Assembly (NCBI GenBank): GCA_963824385.1 | Contig: CAWGPD010000004.1 | Location: forward strand, 352,001-416,000 | Length of the DNA: 64,000 bases | Direction of reading: 5' to 3' | From: an uncultured Nitrososphaerota archaeon | GTDB taxonomy: Archaea; Thermoproteota; Nitrososphaeria; Nitrososphaerales; Nitrosopumilaceae | Shown: positions 1 through 11,054 of the stretch, piece by piece | How positions within the stretch are numbered: position 1 is the stretch's first letter | How the letters are laid out: the number at the start of each line of letters is the position of its first letter | Made by a program: the position numbers and the translations under genes | The notes under the pieces: generated by a model | The model's database searches: none | What the model saw: only the letters and a program-made list of their open reading frames with translations | What the model was told of the DNA's origin: nothing

Positions 1-996
1 TCTCTTTTAGATCAAGATTACAAAAATTATGAAATAATAGCAATCGATGACAGGTCGGATGACAACACAGGTAATATAATAAAAAAACTTTCCAAAGAAA
101 ATTCAAATGTAGTATATGTTCTAGCGGAACCCAAACCAGAAAATTGGACAGGAAAGAATTGGGCGTGTATCGAGGGTTTCAGAAAGGCATCTGGTGAACT
201 GCTATTATTTACGGATGCAGATACATTTCATTCACGAAAAACAATTTCTCTTGCAGTGGATCATCTGATGAGTGAAGAATTAGATGCACTTACAGTAGTT
301 CCAAAGATGCTCTGCCTTGATTGGTGGACAAAAGTCACTTTACCAGTACTATCTACTTTTCTTCATACACGATTTTCCGCATTACGAGTAAACGACCCTT
401 CTAAAAAGACAGGGTATTTTTTCGGTAGTTTTTTCATAATAAAAAGGAAAACGTATGAATCAGTAGGAACTCATGAGGGAGTAAAAAATGAAATTATTGA
501 AGATGGAGCACTAGGCAAAAAAGTCAAAGAACAAGGATTTAAGCTAAAGATGGTACGCGGTGAACATCTAGTTGAAGCAATATGGGCAAGAGATTGGGGC
601 ACCTTATGGCATGCCCTAAAGAGGTTAATGATTCCACTCTACATACAATCAAACAAAATAGCTGTAGGAATATTCTTTGCAGTACTTTTCCTGTTATTTA
701 TGCCATTTCCAATTCTTGCATATTCTGTACTATTTGTCAACACCTCAGAATCATTTGGCATTTTATGTGGAATTTCACTAATTTCGGTTGGATTATTCTA
801 TGCAGGAAGCACCATAGATGCAAAGAAGGGGCTGTCACTAGGATTTCGATATGCATTATTTGCCCCAATTGGTAGTTCAGTGATAATAGCAGGATTTGCA
901 ACTGGAATTTTACATGCCAAAAGAAGTAATGCTTTGGTGTGGCGAGGTAGAACATATTCCATATCAGAAACAGTGCAAAATTCCATTAATTTGTGA
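1..996 (+). CDS. Glycosyltransferase family 2, membrane-bound (5' partial)
   Basis: Frame is open from base 1 (SLLDQDYKNYEIIAIDDRSDDNT...W-GKNWA...FTDAD...EDGALG); C-terminal TM helices. Confidence 0.85.
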   Translation, partial: SLLDQDYKNYEIIAIDDRSDDNTGNIIKKLSKENSNVVYVLAEPKPENWTGKNWACIEGFRKASGELLLFTDADTFHSRKTISLAVDHLMSEELDALTVVPKMLCLDWWTKVTLPVLSTFLHTRFSALRVNDPSKKTGYFFGSFFIIKRKTYESVGTHEGVKNEIIEDGALGKKVKEQGFKLKMVRGEHLVEAIWARDWGTLWHALKRLMIPLYIQSNKIAVGIFFAVLFLLFMPFPILAYSVLFVNTSESFGILCGISLISVGLFYAGSTIDAKKGLSLGFRYALFAPIGSSVIIAGFATGILHAKRSNALVWRGRTYSISETVQNSINL

Positions 997-2165
997 GTAA
1001 GGATTATACAGTAACCTCAGATACTTTTAGATTCTTGGATAAGACAACTGCCATTTTAGGTGGAACATATGGAATAATTGTACTAATTTTGGTATTGGTA
1101 TTTGCATCAGGACAACAAAAAATAGATCTATCACAGCCAACTGCTGCACCGTTTGAAAATAGCGCTCAATTAAATCCAGCATCACACATGAGCTTGGCAG
1201 ATCTTTTTTCCAAATCTCAAGATGGGGTTGTTCAAATTATAGTTCGTAAAACAAGCGATAATTCTTCAGACAGAGCTATTGGTTCAGGTATTGTATATGA
1301 TCTCAGTGGACATATCATTACAAGTAATCATGTTGTAGTCGACTATCAAAAGATCAGAGTTGTATTTCATAATGGAGATTCGTACACAGCTCAAGTCACT
1401 GGTACTGATCCATTTGCAGACCTTGCGGTAATCAAAGTAGACGCAGATCCCCAAACACTTCATACGCTACCACTAGGAAACTCTTCAAAGCTTAGGATAG
1501 GAGACGAGGTGATAGCAATAGGAAGCCCGTTTGGTTTAACGGGTTCTATGACCAGCGGAATAGTAAGTCAACTTGGAAGAATACTAAATCCTCCCGATAT
1601 TGGATCATTTTCCATTCCAAATGTCATTCAGACAGATACTGCAATAAATCCTGGAAATTCAGGCGGCCCACTACTAAATGATCAAGGCGAAGTGATTGGC
1701 ATCAATACGGCAATTCAAACTCAGACTGGTGAATTTTCCGGCGTAGGATTTGCAATCCCATCAAACACCATGAAAAGAATTGTGCCATACCTCATACAGG
1801 ACGGACATTATAAACATCCGTGGTTAGGAATATCAGGGATAACAATTGATCCCGACTTGTCAGACAGTCTTGGACTTTCAATACAATCAGGATTTCTAAT
1901 TGAAAACATTGTACCAGACAGTCCAGCTGCTAATGCAGGTTTGATTGCATCAAATCAAACAAAGATGGTAGATGGGATCAAATACAAAATTGGCGGAGAC
2001 ATAATAGTTGGAGCAGATAATACTCCTGTTAAAAAACTAGAAGACCTTCTAAATTATTTACAAGATAATAAATCAGCAGGAGATAAAATGATATTAAAGA
2101 TAATTCGTAATTACAAGCCCATTGAAGTGACTCTAACCCTACAGGAAAGACCTACTAGTCCGTAA
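993..2165 (+). CDS. htrA: HtrA/DegP-type trypsin-like serine protease with PDZ domain
   Basis: TSNHVV, DLAVIK and IQTDTAINPGNSGGPL catalytic motifs; N-terminal TM; C-terminal PDZ. Confidence 0.92.
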   Translation: MSKDYTVTSDTFRFLDKTTAILGGTYGIIVLILVLVFASGQQKIDLSQPTAAPFENSAQLNPASHMSLADLFSKSQDGVVQIIVRKTSDNSSDRAIGSGIVYDLSGHIITSNHVVVDYQKIRVVFHNGDSYTAQVTGTDPFADLAVIKVDADPQTLHTLPLGNSSKLRIGDEVIAIGSPFGLTGSMTSGIVSQLGRILNPPDIGSFSIPNVIQTDTAINPGNSGGPLLNDQGEVIGINTAIQTQTGEFSGVGFAIPSNTMKRIVPYLIQDGHYKHPWLGISGITIDPDLSDSLGLSIQSGFLIENIVPDSPAANAGLIASNQTKMVDGIKYKIGGDIIVGADNTPVKKLEDLLNYLQDNKSAGDKMILKIIRNYKPIEVTLTLQERPTSP

Positions 2166-2183
2166 ACAAACAATGAATAATTA

Positions 2184-2221
2184 GATACAATTGTATCAGT
2201 AACTTTGTTAGTGAACAAAGT
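2184..2221. promoter_or_regulatory. Two palindromes upstream of wHTH gene (GATACAATTGTATC; ACTTTGTT-N4-AACAAAGT)
   Basis: Perfect 14-bp palindrome at 2184-2197; 8-bp inverted repeat at 2202-2221. Confidence 0.5.
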
Positions 2222-2259
2222 AGCGCAATTTTTTATTAACTAAATTTCCATATGAGGGC

Positions 2260-2547
2260 ATGTCAAAACAACCATATCGATCAGAAATGGGAATGATAGC
2301 AGACATACTAAAGGTGGCAATGGACCACGGTAGACAGGGCGCAATCATTACAACCATAGCAAGAAATGCAAACTTGTCACATTATACGGCAATGGACAAG
2401 TGTCAAAAATTAATAGACTTTGGATTAATAGAATCAAAGACATACAAGAGAGGGCATATTTTTGCCATTACTGATAAAGGAATGCAGTTCTTATTAGAGT
2501 TGCAAAAATTTACAGAGGAAGCACACGCACTAAAAATAAGATGTTAA
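2260..2547 (+). CDS. Small winged-helix transcriptional regulator (HTH_45-like)
   Basis: YRSEMGMIADIL...ITTIARNANLS...ITDKG pattern of archaeal wHTH proteins. Confidence 0.8.
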   Translation: MSKQPYRSEMGMIADILKVAMDHGRQGAIITTIARNANLSHYTAMDKCQKLIDFGLIESKTYKRGHIFAITDKGMQFLLELQKFTEEAHALKIRC

Positions 2548-2758
2548 ACCATCAAGTCAGATTAGAAAATTGGTTCAACTCGTATGTTACACTTTAATCC
2601 AGAATCATTGTAAAAAGTTAGATTTTAGACAAGTTAGAAAAATAGGTGTAAAATTTGAAAAATAACCCCATTTGGCAGTGTTTGCCGGAATGAGTATTGC
2701 GTTCGTTAAATATCCCACATCTAAGGATAAATACAACTGTCAAAGCTATCATGACTAG

Positions 2759-3928
2759 TTGAGCGAGCTTATCCTCAGTTCTGAGTTGTTAAACAGATTG
2801 GTTGATGGTAGGACACCATCAAAAACTGAATCTTATCAGATCTATCAAGATGCAGAAAGAGAGTCTTCAGAACTTTACAAGGTATCACAATTTTTAAGAA
2901 GTAATCACAAGGGTTCGGTTGTAACCTATTCAAGAAAAGCCTTTTTCAATTTGATAAATCTTTGTCGTGATACTTGTTCTTATTGTACATACAAATCAGA
3001 GCCAGGTCAGGCAAAAATTTCAATGTTGTCAAAGAAAAATATTGCAGAACTTGTCAGTATTGGAAAAAAATACAATTGCACTGAAGCATTATTTGTCACA
3101 GGTGAACGACCGGAGCAAAAATATCAAGAGGCAAAAACATGGCTTAAAGAAAATGGATTTTCAAGTACTGCTGAATATCTGGTTTATGCATCAGAAATTG
3201 CATTAGAGGGAGGACTTTTTCCACATACTAATGCCGGAAATCTTACAAAAGATGAGATGCGTGAATTAAAAAAGACAAATGCAAGTCTTGGTCTAATGCT
3301 AGAGAATGCAAGCGAAAGACTTTCAGAAAAAAACATGGCCCATCAATTTGCCCCAAGTAAAAATCCTAAAGCAAGAATAAAGATACTCCAAAATGCAGGA
3401 GAGTTGAAAATTCCAATGACTACAGGATTACTTTTAGGAATTGGAGAAAATCCATTTGAATTAATTGATTCAATTTATTCCATAAAAGAGATTCATGATA
3501 AATACAATAACATTCAAGAAGTAATTTTACAAAATTTTCAGCCAAAACATGATACTCCTATGAGAGACAGTCCTTCAGCACAAGAAAAATACTTTAAGAT
3601 AATGGTTGCAATAACTAGAACAATTCTTCCTAAAATGAATATCCAGATACCTCCAAATTTATCACCTAAATCATATTCATCATTTCTGTCAGCAGGAATT
3701 AATGACTGGGGAGGAATATCACCCATAACCCGTGATTATGTAAATCCAGAATTTCCATGGCCTCAAATTGAAGAAGTCGGGAAACATTGTTCTGAGGCAG
3801 GATTTCAACTAAGAGCAAGATTCCCAGTTTACCCAGAATTTTTCTCGCACGTCAACTCGGATTTACGCTCAAGGATGAAAGAAATTTCAGATTCTGAAAA
3901 TTTAGTAAGCAAGGAGTATATCAAATGA
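2759..3928 (+). CDS. cofG: FO synthase subunit 1 (F420 biosynthesis), radical SAM
   Basis: CRDTCSYC; PHTNAG; IQIPPNL; DWGGISP; adjacent to cofH. Confidence 0.93.
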   Translation: MSELILSSELLNRLVDGRTPSKTESYQIYQDAERESSELYKVSQFLRSNHKGSVVTYSRKAFFNLINLCRDTCSYCTYKSEPGQAKISMLSKKNIAELVSIGKKYNCTEALFVTGERPEQKYQEAKTWLKENGFSSTAEYLVYASEIALEGGLFPHTNAGNLTKDEMRELKKTNASLGLMLENASERLSEKNMAHQFAPSKNPKARIKILQNAGELKIPMTTGLLLGIGENPFELIDSIYSIKEIHDKYNNIQEVILQNFQPKHDTPMRDSPSAQEKYFKIMVAITRTILPKMNIQIPPNLSPKSYSSFLSAGINDWGGISPITRDYVNPEFPWPQIEEVGKHCSEAGFQLRARFPVYPEFFSHVNSDLRSRMKEISDSENLVSKEYIK

Positions 3929-5193
3929 GCATAATTCATACAGCTTTATTTGATTCACTCCTAAGAAGATCTGACCCATTAATATCGGAGACATTGAACC
4001 GTGCCTTGGATGAAAAAGAAATTTCTATCAGTGAGGCAACAAGGTTGTTTTATGCAAAAGGACTTGATTTTCATCTCGTTGGAATAGTTGCAGATGAACT
4101 AAGAAAGAGAAGAGTTGGAGATATTGTCACATATGTTGTAAATAGAAACATCAATTTTACTAATGTCTGCATAAAGCAATGCGGTTTTTGTGCATTTAGT
4201 AGAGACTTTCGTGAGGAAGAGGGATATTTTTTACCAATGGATGAAATAGTGAGGCGGGCAAAAGAAGCACAAGCACTAGGTGCTACAGAAGTTTGCGTCC
4301 AAGCAGGATTACCTCCAGACATGGACGGAGATACATATGAGAACATTTGCAGAGCCATCAAATCAGAAGTTGGCGATATTCACATTCATGGTTTTTCACC
4401 TGAAGAAGTACTATACGGAGCTACAAGATCAAACATCTCGATAAAAGAATATTTGATTAGATTAAAAAATGCAGGAGTTAATTCCTTACCAGGAACTGCA
4501 GCTGAAATTTTAGATCAGGATATGCGAGATAAAATCTCACCAGGCAGAATTAGTGTTAGCAAGTGGATAGAAGTTATCAAGACTGCACACAAGATAGGAA
4601 TACCATCAACTTCAACTATCATGTATGGTCATTTGGAATCACCTGAGGATAGAGCAAAACACATAGCGTTGATAAGAGACATACAAAAAGAGACAAAAGG
4701 ATTTACAGAGTTTGTTCCGTTAAATTTCATTCATTCAGAAGCTCCAATGTATAAAGAGAATTTACATTTGAACATCAGAAACGGAGCAGATGGAAATGAT
4801 GTCTTGCTGATGCATGCAGTATCACGAATCATGTTAAACAATCACATAAACAACATTCAGACGTCGTGGGTAAAAGAAGGAGCAGGAATGGCACAATTAT
4901 CATTATGTTGGGGAGCAAACGACTTTGGTGGTACTCTAATCAACGAAAGTATCTCCACAGCAGCAGGTTCTGGACATGGTCAATTATTAAAACCAAAAGA
5001 TATCAGACAAGTAATAAGACAGATAGGAAGAATTCCAGCCCAGAGGACAACATCTTACAAGATAATCAAGAATTATGCTTCAGAAGAAGGTAAAGACCCA
5101 CTGGATGAGATTCAAAATACTTCTCAGTTTGGGTCATATCAAGAATTGATAAAACTTGATAGATATAGGTACAAAAACAATAGGCGAAACTAG
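3925..5193 (+). CDS. cofH: FO synthase subunit 2, radical SAM
   Basis: VNRNINFTNVCIKQCGFCAF; PGTAAEIL; NIQTSWVK; NDFGGTL. Confidence 0.92.
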   Translation: MSIIHTALFDSLLRRSDPLISETLNRALDEKEISISEATRLFYAKGLDFHLVGIVADELRKRRVGDIVTYVVNRNINFTNVCIKQCGFCAFSRDFREEEGYFLPMDEIVRRAKEAQALGATEVCVQAGLPPDMDGDTYENICRAIKSEVGDIHIHGFSPEEVLYGATRSNISIKEYLIRLKNAGVNSLPGTAAEILDQDMRDKISPGRISVSKWIEVIKTAHKIGIPSTSTIMYGHLESPEDRAKHIALIRDIQKETKGFTEFVPLNFIHSEAPMYKENLHLNIRNGADGNDVLLMHAVSRIMLNNHINNIQTSWVKEGAGMAQLSLCWGANDFGGTLINESISTAAGSGHGQLLKPKDIRQVIRQIGRIPAQRTTSYKIIKNYASEEGKDPLDEIQNTSQFGSYQELIKLDRYRYKNNRRN

Positions 5194-6543
5194 TTGTCAT
5201 ATTGTAATGACATACTCAAAAGATCAAGGGCTATGCATTTGGATGAATGCGAAGCAATCTCAATACAGAAAAAGATTACAACGGTAAGAATTACTGACTC
5301 TGAAATAGCAGAGATAAAACATAATCAAGAAGATTCTGTTGCAGTACGCATTATTCATGAAAAGAAAATTATGTCATCTAGATCATTTTCAAGCGAAGAA
5401 GATATTCTAGATAAAATTTTAAAGACAAAATCATTTATACAGCCAAAGAATTTTTGGAAATCACTTCCATCTCCTTCAAAAATAATGAAAATAGCAAAAA
5501 CCTATGACTCACAGCTTGCCAACATATCAGGGACTAGTGCAATAGATATTGCAAATGAAATGATAAATTCTGCCAGCCATGGTAAAATAACACGAATTTC
5601 AGGTTCTCTTAATATCGTTTCAGAGCATTTTCAGATAATGAATACAAATGGCATAGATTATTCAGATGATTCCACATTTATCGCAGGAACAATCAATGCA
5701 GACTCGGAATCAGACTTGCCAGTCAGCGGCATAGGCATGAATTGCTCAAGAACTCTAGAGAGTTTTTCAGCACAAAATGTTGGCAGTGATGCTTTAGAGA
5801 TGTGTACAAATTCAATTAATCCAAAGAGAGTTGAACAAGATTCCTATGACATAATTTTTGAGCCTTATGCATTTGGGGAGTTGCTAGCATTTATTTTTTC
5901 TTCAAACTTTAATTTAAAGACATATTCTGAGAAACGAAGTTGCTTTTCGGACAAATTGGGCAGTATTATTTCAAATGAGAATTTTAGTCTTATAGACGAT
6001 CCACATAGTCCAGATGGTATTGGTAGTAAACCATTTGATGATGAGGGAACTGCAACATTACCCCAATTTCTAATAAAATCAGGAGTCATGACGGGTTTAT
6101 TTTCAGATTCTTTTGAGGCATTTAAGAATGGAACCATCTCAAGTGGAAATGCAACACGACTAGGATCACCAGTAGGAAGGTCTACACAATCCATTCCAAT
6201 CATCATGCCCCATAACTTGAAAGTTCCAAATGGTAATTATTCCAAAAATGAAATTATTCAAGAAACAAAAAAAGGATTGCTGATTGGCAGATTATGGTAT
6301 ACATATCCTGTAAATCCAGAGCAGGGAGATTTTTCATGCACTGCGCGAAGTGGAATTAGAATAATTGAAAATGGTAAAATGGTTTTTCCTGGTAGATCTG
6401 TTAGAATAGTTCACAATCTAAAAACAATGCTTGGAAACATTTTATCAGTTGGAAACGATTCAAAAAATATTCTCCAGTGGAGTTCTTTGCCATCCATAAC
6501 ACCTACTGTTAAAGTAGGCTCAGTAAAAGCAACTCCAATCTAA
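5194..6543 (+). CDS. TldD/PmbA family protein
   Basis: DDPH...PFDDEG; SGNA; GDFS and IENGK motifs. Confidence 0.88.
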   Translation: MSYCNDILKRSRAMHLDECEAISIQKKITTVRITDSEIAEIKHNQEDSVAVRIIHEKKIMSSRSFSSEEDILDKILKTKSFIQPKNFWKSLPSPSKIMKIAKTYDSQLANISGTSAIDIANEMINSASHGKITRISGSLNIVSEHFQIMNTNGIDYSDDSTFIAGTINADSESDLPVSGIGMNCSRTLESFSAQNVGSDALEMCTNSINPKRVEQDSYDIIFEPYAFGELLAFIFSSNFNLKTYSEKRSCFSDKLGSIISNENFSLIDDPHSPDGIGSKPFDDEGTATLPQFLIKSGVMTGLFSDSFEAFKNGTISSGNATRLGSPVGRSTQSIPIIMPHNLKVPNGNYSKNEIIQETKKGLLIGRLWYTYPVNPEQGDFSCTARSGIRIIENGKMVFPGRSVRIVHNLKTMLGNILSVGNDSKNILQWSSLPSITPTVKVGSVKATPI

Positions 6544-7545
6544 AGAGACGGTAGAACAAATTGCATGCCAATTCCTACTGCATATAAAATAAGAAGCATT
6601 ATTCCAGATTTTAGGCCCAATTTGTTCCTAAACATTGGGATTAATGCGACAATTGTAATTATAGTGACAAGTATCATTTGATTTTCTAGCATTGCGGTGT
6701 TTGGTATTTTTGCAGTAAATCCTTTGTAACTCATGGCTGCAAAAATAGCAACTGAGAGCAGCAATGTATTGTTGAGTATTTTTGAACCAAGAACATTTGC
6801 AACTGCAACAGATGTACCACTTGCGCCTTTTCTTGCCAAGAAAATCATGGATATTTTTTCAGGCATTTCGCCTGCAATTGGACTGACTATAACAGCCAAT
6901 ATAACAACTGAGACACCAAAATCCACTGATACTCCTTGAAGTGAATTTACAAAAGGTCCTGCACCAATAAAGATTCCAGCAGTTCCTGCAACAAATAAAA
7001 TCATTGCTTTTGTAAAGTGTTTTTTTGATTTGAGTTGCAAAGGACTTTCGTGAAGATTGGCTTCAAGCGGCATTGTCTTTTCTTTCTTCATCTCTCTAAA
7101 AGCAAGTCCTAGATAGACTGCAAATAATCCTGCAAATACTATTCCGTTTATAACATCATAGCCGTTGATGAACATTACAGCACCAACAACTGCTGTTATT
7201 ATTAGAAAAATTTTGTCCAGTCTAAATTCTTTAACATCAATGAATTTTTGTGGTGCTTTTGAAAGACGCGTAGTTGCTATAATCAGCATAATTGCCAATC
7301 CAAACGTCATCATGAACAAGTTACTTCCAAGTGCAGAGCCTATTGCAACACCGTATGATCCATTTTTTGTAGCAGCAACAACTATTCCAATTTCTGGCAA
7401 TGTTGTTGCGACACTAAGTAATGTTCTACCGACAAATCTTCCACCCCACTTTTCTGCAAGGTGTTCAGTCTCCATTAGATAACAACCAGCTGGCAAAAAT
7501 TAATTCTCCCAACCAGCCAAGTAATAGAAACACATTATCGGCCAC
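6540..7545 (-). CDS. Na+/Ca2+ exchanger (CaCA) family antiporter; +1 frameshift near 7470
   Basis: TTLPE and GSN alpha-repeats. Upstream GTG frame VADNVFLLLGWLGELIFASWLLSNG joins AEHLAEKWG if one base is removed. Confidence 0.82.
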
Positions 7546-7662
7546 TAGATATTTCTCTTAAATCAAGTATTATTATTTGTGACTAAAAATTAGATTACAG
7601 ACAACTAGAATAAAAAAATAGCAATAATGATTTTCAATAATATGAGTTAGCTTTTTAATTTT

Positions 7663-7896
7663 TTAATCTTTAACAATAATCATGGTAAGTGTGGATTTTA
7701 TTCCATCTAATTTTCTTATCTGATCAGTTATGGTAGCCCTCAAGGATTCCATCGAATCAGATTCAATAATCATCAATACGTCATAGACACCATAAACTGG
7801 ATATGCCTCTTTTACATTAGGTATTTTTTTTATTTCGCTTACAATTTGAAGTTCTTTGCCAAGTTCTGCATTCATCAAAACAAAGGCGCTATGCAT
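7663..7896 (-). CDS. Lrp/AsnC ligand-binding (RAM) domain protein
   Basis: AFVLMN...VYGVYDVL...IRKLDGIKSTLT. Confidence 0.88.
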   Translation of the reverse strand: MHSAFVLMNAELGKELQIVSEIKKIPNVKEAYPVYGVYDVLMIIESDSMESLRATITDQIRKLDGIKSTLTMIIVKD

Positions 7897-8075
7897 GTAA
7901 AAAGTTAGTTTGTCTAGAATAAAAATAGATTGAATTTGTCCAAAAGGGTTAGAAATGTTGATTGCATTTCAGACTTATTTCCCATTTTAGTTTAAATCTA
8001 GTATTAAAACACCCCTATTTTGATTTACGAATAAAAATTCATGAATATAGACTAATCATAGGTGAGGATATGAAA

Positions 8076-8200
8076 TTACTTCCTTTTCATTGATTGTTTT
8101 TCAATTCGTATTTTCTCTAAAAAAACTGAAGAAGATTCATCTTTAGGATCCTTGGTAACCAATTCTCCAGCAAATGCTTTTGTAAGAATGGATCTTTGAA
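8076..8200 (-). pseudogene. Remnant of type I R-M specificity subunit (HsdS) C-terminus
   Basis: QRSILTKAFAGELVTKDPKDESSSVFLEKIRIEK matches the conserved HsdS end (SILxKAFxGELVxQDPxDEPAxxLLERI); upstream part is unrecognisable. Confidence 0.7.
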
Positions 8201-8443
8201 TTTCATTACTACTTCGTAAACCTAATTCCGCTGACTGATGTATATCATGTGATAAAGAAAGAGTTAAAAAAATTAGGCGATAAACTGAGAGATAAATTAG
8301 AAGATGAAGCAATTGATGGTTTTATTAAATTTGCAATGAGGATAGGTTCAGACGCTTTAATTTATTATGTACATTTGACTCCTCATTAGACAGCATTATC
8401 CGAGAAATACAATTTGAATATTTGGACTATAGTGCTATGAATT

Positions 8444-10810
8444 TCAACGTCTGATTTTTGGAATAAAAACAATAGAGAATGTTGCAATTACCAAGATGAT
8501 TGTAGCAAACGAAAATTCAGGAACCGTTGGAGCCATTATTTGTGACATATTCATTATAGTTATAGTATGAGTTGAAAAGTGTGGAACTAGAACCAGAACC
8601 TGTACTCCGCTTTGTGTAACTACTATGGCAAAACTTGGACTATCTGTTGGTTTTGCATGCAATATGGCATCCATGTTTGATGCTGGCGGTATTAGTTTTC
8701 CATCATACATTACACCAAGTTGATTTAGATTTGCCACATTGACTGTTGTAGTATTAAGATTAAACGCAATCACTTTGGGACCTGTCTGACTTGGAGCACT
8801 AACATTCACATTTAGTGAATCAGGTGTATTACTGGTTGTTTGAACTGTAACATTACTGTCAATAGATGTAGTTGTGGATTGGCTTGCACCAACATTTACT
8901 TCAGCCGCTATTGTTTGACTTGCCTTTGCTTGATTGATACTTTGAATGTCTTGTTGAGTTGGGGTAAATACAGAGGTTGGTTGTGGATTTGTTGGCTGAA
9001 CAATCTGGGTGTTTGTTGGTGGAATAACTGCGGTATTTGTTTGTGGATTAATTATTTGATTTGTTGCATCAGAAATTACAGCAATGCCATTAGGAACTGT
9101 CACAAACACTTCTCCCTTGGTAGAGTCATATGCAATATCCATAGGAAACAATCCAACTGGCACTGTTGCAATAACTGTATTTGTTTTATCACTGATGACT
9201 GAGATAGTATTTGCAAATGAATTTGCTACAAATATCTCTCCCTTACCAGAGTCATATGCGACGGCATTAGGTTGTCCTCCAAGTGGAATTGTTGAAACAA
9301 CAGTATTAGTTACATCATTGATTACTGAGACAGTACCAGTACCTATGCTGTTTGTACTTGTCACAAATATCTCTCCCTTACCAGAGTCATATGCGACGGC
9401 ATTAGGTTGTCCTCCAAGTGGAATTGTTGAAACAACAGTATTAGTTACATCATTGATTACTGAGACAGTACCAGTACCTATGCTGTTTGTACTTGTCACA
9501 AATATCTCTCCCTTACCAGAGTCATATGCGACGGCATTAGGTTGTCCTCCAAGTGGAATTGTTGAAACAACAGTATTAGTTACATCATTGATTACTGAGA
9601 CAGTACCAGTACCTATGCTGTTTGTACTTGTCACAAATATCTCTCCCTTACCAGAGTCATATGCGACATAAGCAGAGGATCCAAGTGGAATTGTTGAAAC
9701 AACAGTATTAGTTGCATCGTTGATTACAGAAACTGACCTGTTGCCATTACCATTACCACCATTTGCTACAAATATCTCTCCCTTGACAGAGTCATATGCA
9801 ATGCCCATAGGCTCATCTCCAACTTGAATCGTTTGTGCAAATTTATTTACTAGAAGTGATGGTGTAACAGGGGGTTCTGATGGTGAAACAGTTGGCGGTG
9901 ATGACTGTTGTGGATTTGGTTGTGGTGATGGTGACTGAGGAGTAGGTTGAGTAGGTGGTGATTGAACTCTCGAACCTACTATCACTTGACCTGTCATCCA
10001 TGGATGGACAGTGCAAAAGTAATTGAATGTTCCTGCATTTGCAAAAGTAAATTGGTATGTACCCTGTGGCTTGATTAAATTACCACTGTCAAAAATAGTT
10101 CCAGTTGTAGCATCAGTTGATTTGCCACTTGACACATAATGACTTATGGTATCAGTATTTTTCCAAGTTACTGTTGTTCCCGGTGGAATATTCAGTGGAT
10201 TAGGAGTAAAGCAGTTGTTTACTGCAACACAAGGTGCAGATGCACTAGAACCTGCACCTGGTGTCATATCAATTTCATTTGCTGCTTGAGGTATTGGAAT
10301 TGGTAGAGGTTGTTGATTTGGTGGAGGATTTGAAATGTTTCCAGAAAGACCTGTAAATTGGAAGGTTGTCTGGGCTGTGTTACAAGTACCAATCTGTACT
10401 AACACTGTATATGTGCCTGAAAGTTGCCATTGTGAAGTATTAGTCCCAAATACAATGTTTGATAATTGTTGTGTTTGAATTACCCCCATAACACCTCCTA
10501 CTGGATTTGTTATTTCAAGCACCGCACTAAGTTGACCAGGAGTGTAAGATGACGGTAATTCATGTATTGTAATATCTATTCCACCACCATAATTGTATGA
10601 GGGCTGGTCAGTTGTTAACGGTGATTCCACCTGGAATAGGTGTACAATTTGCACCTGTTGGATTCTGAGTATCATATGGATTGTTATCTGCAAAAGATGG
10701 AATTGTATTCCTCCAATAATAACCAGAGATACTATTGACACAAAAGCGACAACTAGTAATATTCTCGAATAACTCAGGCCTTCGCTTACCATTATATAGT
10801 AATAAACCAT
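8444..10810 (-). CDS. Surface protein: cupredoxin (type-1 Cu) domain + Pro/Gln linker + YVTN/YncE-like beta-propeller repeats + PEF-type C-terminal sorting signal
   Basis: VTWKNTD..H..SG and YFCTVHPWM; repeats VAYDSGKGEIFV...TVSVIND; C-terminal VPEFS + TM + basic tail. Probable compensating frameshifts near 10620-10710. Confidence 0.85.
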   Translation of the reverse strand: MVYYYIMVSEGLSYSRILLVVAFVSIVSLVIIGGIQFHLLQITIHMILRIQQVQIVHLFQVESPLTTDQPSYNYGGGIDITIHELPSSYTPGQLSAVLEITNPVGGVMGVIQTQQLSNIVFGTNTSQWQLSGTYTVLVQIGTCNTAQTTFQFTGLSGNISNPPPNQQPLPIPIPQAANEIDMTPGAGSSASAPCVAVNNCFTPNPLNIPPGTTVTWKNTDTISHYVSSGKSTDATTGTIFDSGNLIKPQGTYQFTFANAGTFNYFCTVHPWMTGQVIVGSRVQSPPTQPTPQSPSPQPNPQQSSPPTVSPSEPPVTPSLLVNKFAQTIQVGDEPMGIAYDSVKGEIFVANGGNGNGNRSVSVINDATNTVVSTIPLGSSAYVAYDSGKGEIFVTSTNSIGTGTVSVINDVTNTVVSTIPLGGQPNAVAYDSGKGEIFVTSTNSIGTGTVSVINDVTNTVVSTIPLGGQPNAVAYDSGKGEIFVTSTNSIGTGTVSVINDVTNTVVSTIPLGGQPNAVAYDSGKGEIFVANSFANTISVISDKTNTVIATVPVGLFPMDIAYDSTKGEVFVTVPNGIAVISDATNQIINPQTNTAVIPPTNTQIVQPTNPQPTSVFTPTQQDIQSINQAKASQTIAAEVNVGASQSTTTSIDSNVTVQTTSNTPDSLNVNVSAPSQTGPKVIAFNLNTTTVNVANLNQLGVMYDGKLIPPASNMDAILHAKPTDSPSFAIVVTQSGVQVLVLVPHFSTHTITIMNMSQIMAPTVPEFSFATIILVIATFSIVFIPKIRR
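9228..9667. repeat. Intragenic tandem repeat, 135-bp unit, 3 identical copies plus a partial copy
   Basis: ACAAATATCTCTCCCTTACCAGAGTCATATGCGAC recurs at 9228, 9363, 9498 and 9633. Confidence 0.95.
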
Positions 10811-10831
10811 ATCATGTTTTTCAAAGTATGC

Positions 10832-11053
10832 CTATTCAAGGATTAATTCTCCCACATCAAAGCAATTCTTGCACACCCAATGAAAATCTGGACTTGGTCT
10901 AGAACTACTTGCAAGTTTCACCTCATTCTTGTCAATTCCTCGTATAATCTCATTTATTCTGTTAGACCTTAGAAATATTACTACGATATTATCAGATTTA
11001 CAAGAAGGACAGCAAATCTTGCCTTTTGTCCAGTATGTGATATTTAGTTTCAT
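10832..11053 (-). CDS. Small Zn-finger protein
   Basis: CPSC...WVCKNC. Confidence 0.6.
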   Translation of the reverse strand: MKLNITYWTKGKICCPSCKSDNIVVIFLRSNRINEIIRGIDKNEVKLASSSRPSPDFHWVCKNCFDVGELILE

Positions 11054-11054
11054 G

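Noticed and set aside
9228..9667. Regular repeats as a CRISPR array
   Set aside because: Units are contiguous identical 135-mers with no unique spacers, in frame within a CDS; no cas genes
8840..9671. + strand ORFs of 120 and 195 aa
   Set aside because: Antisense shadows of the repetitive surface-protein gene; the same applies to most short overlapping ORFs in the track
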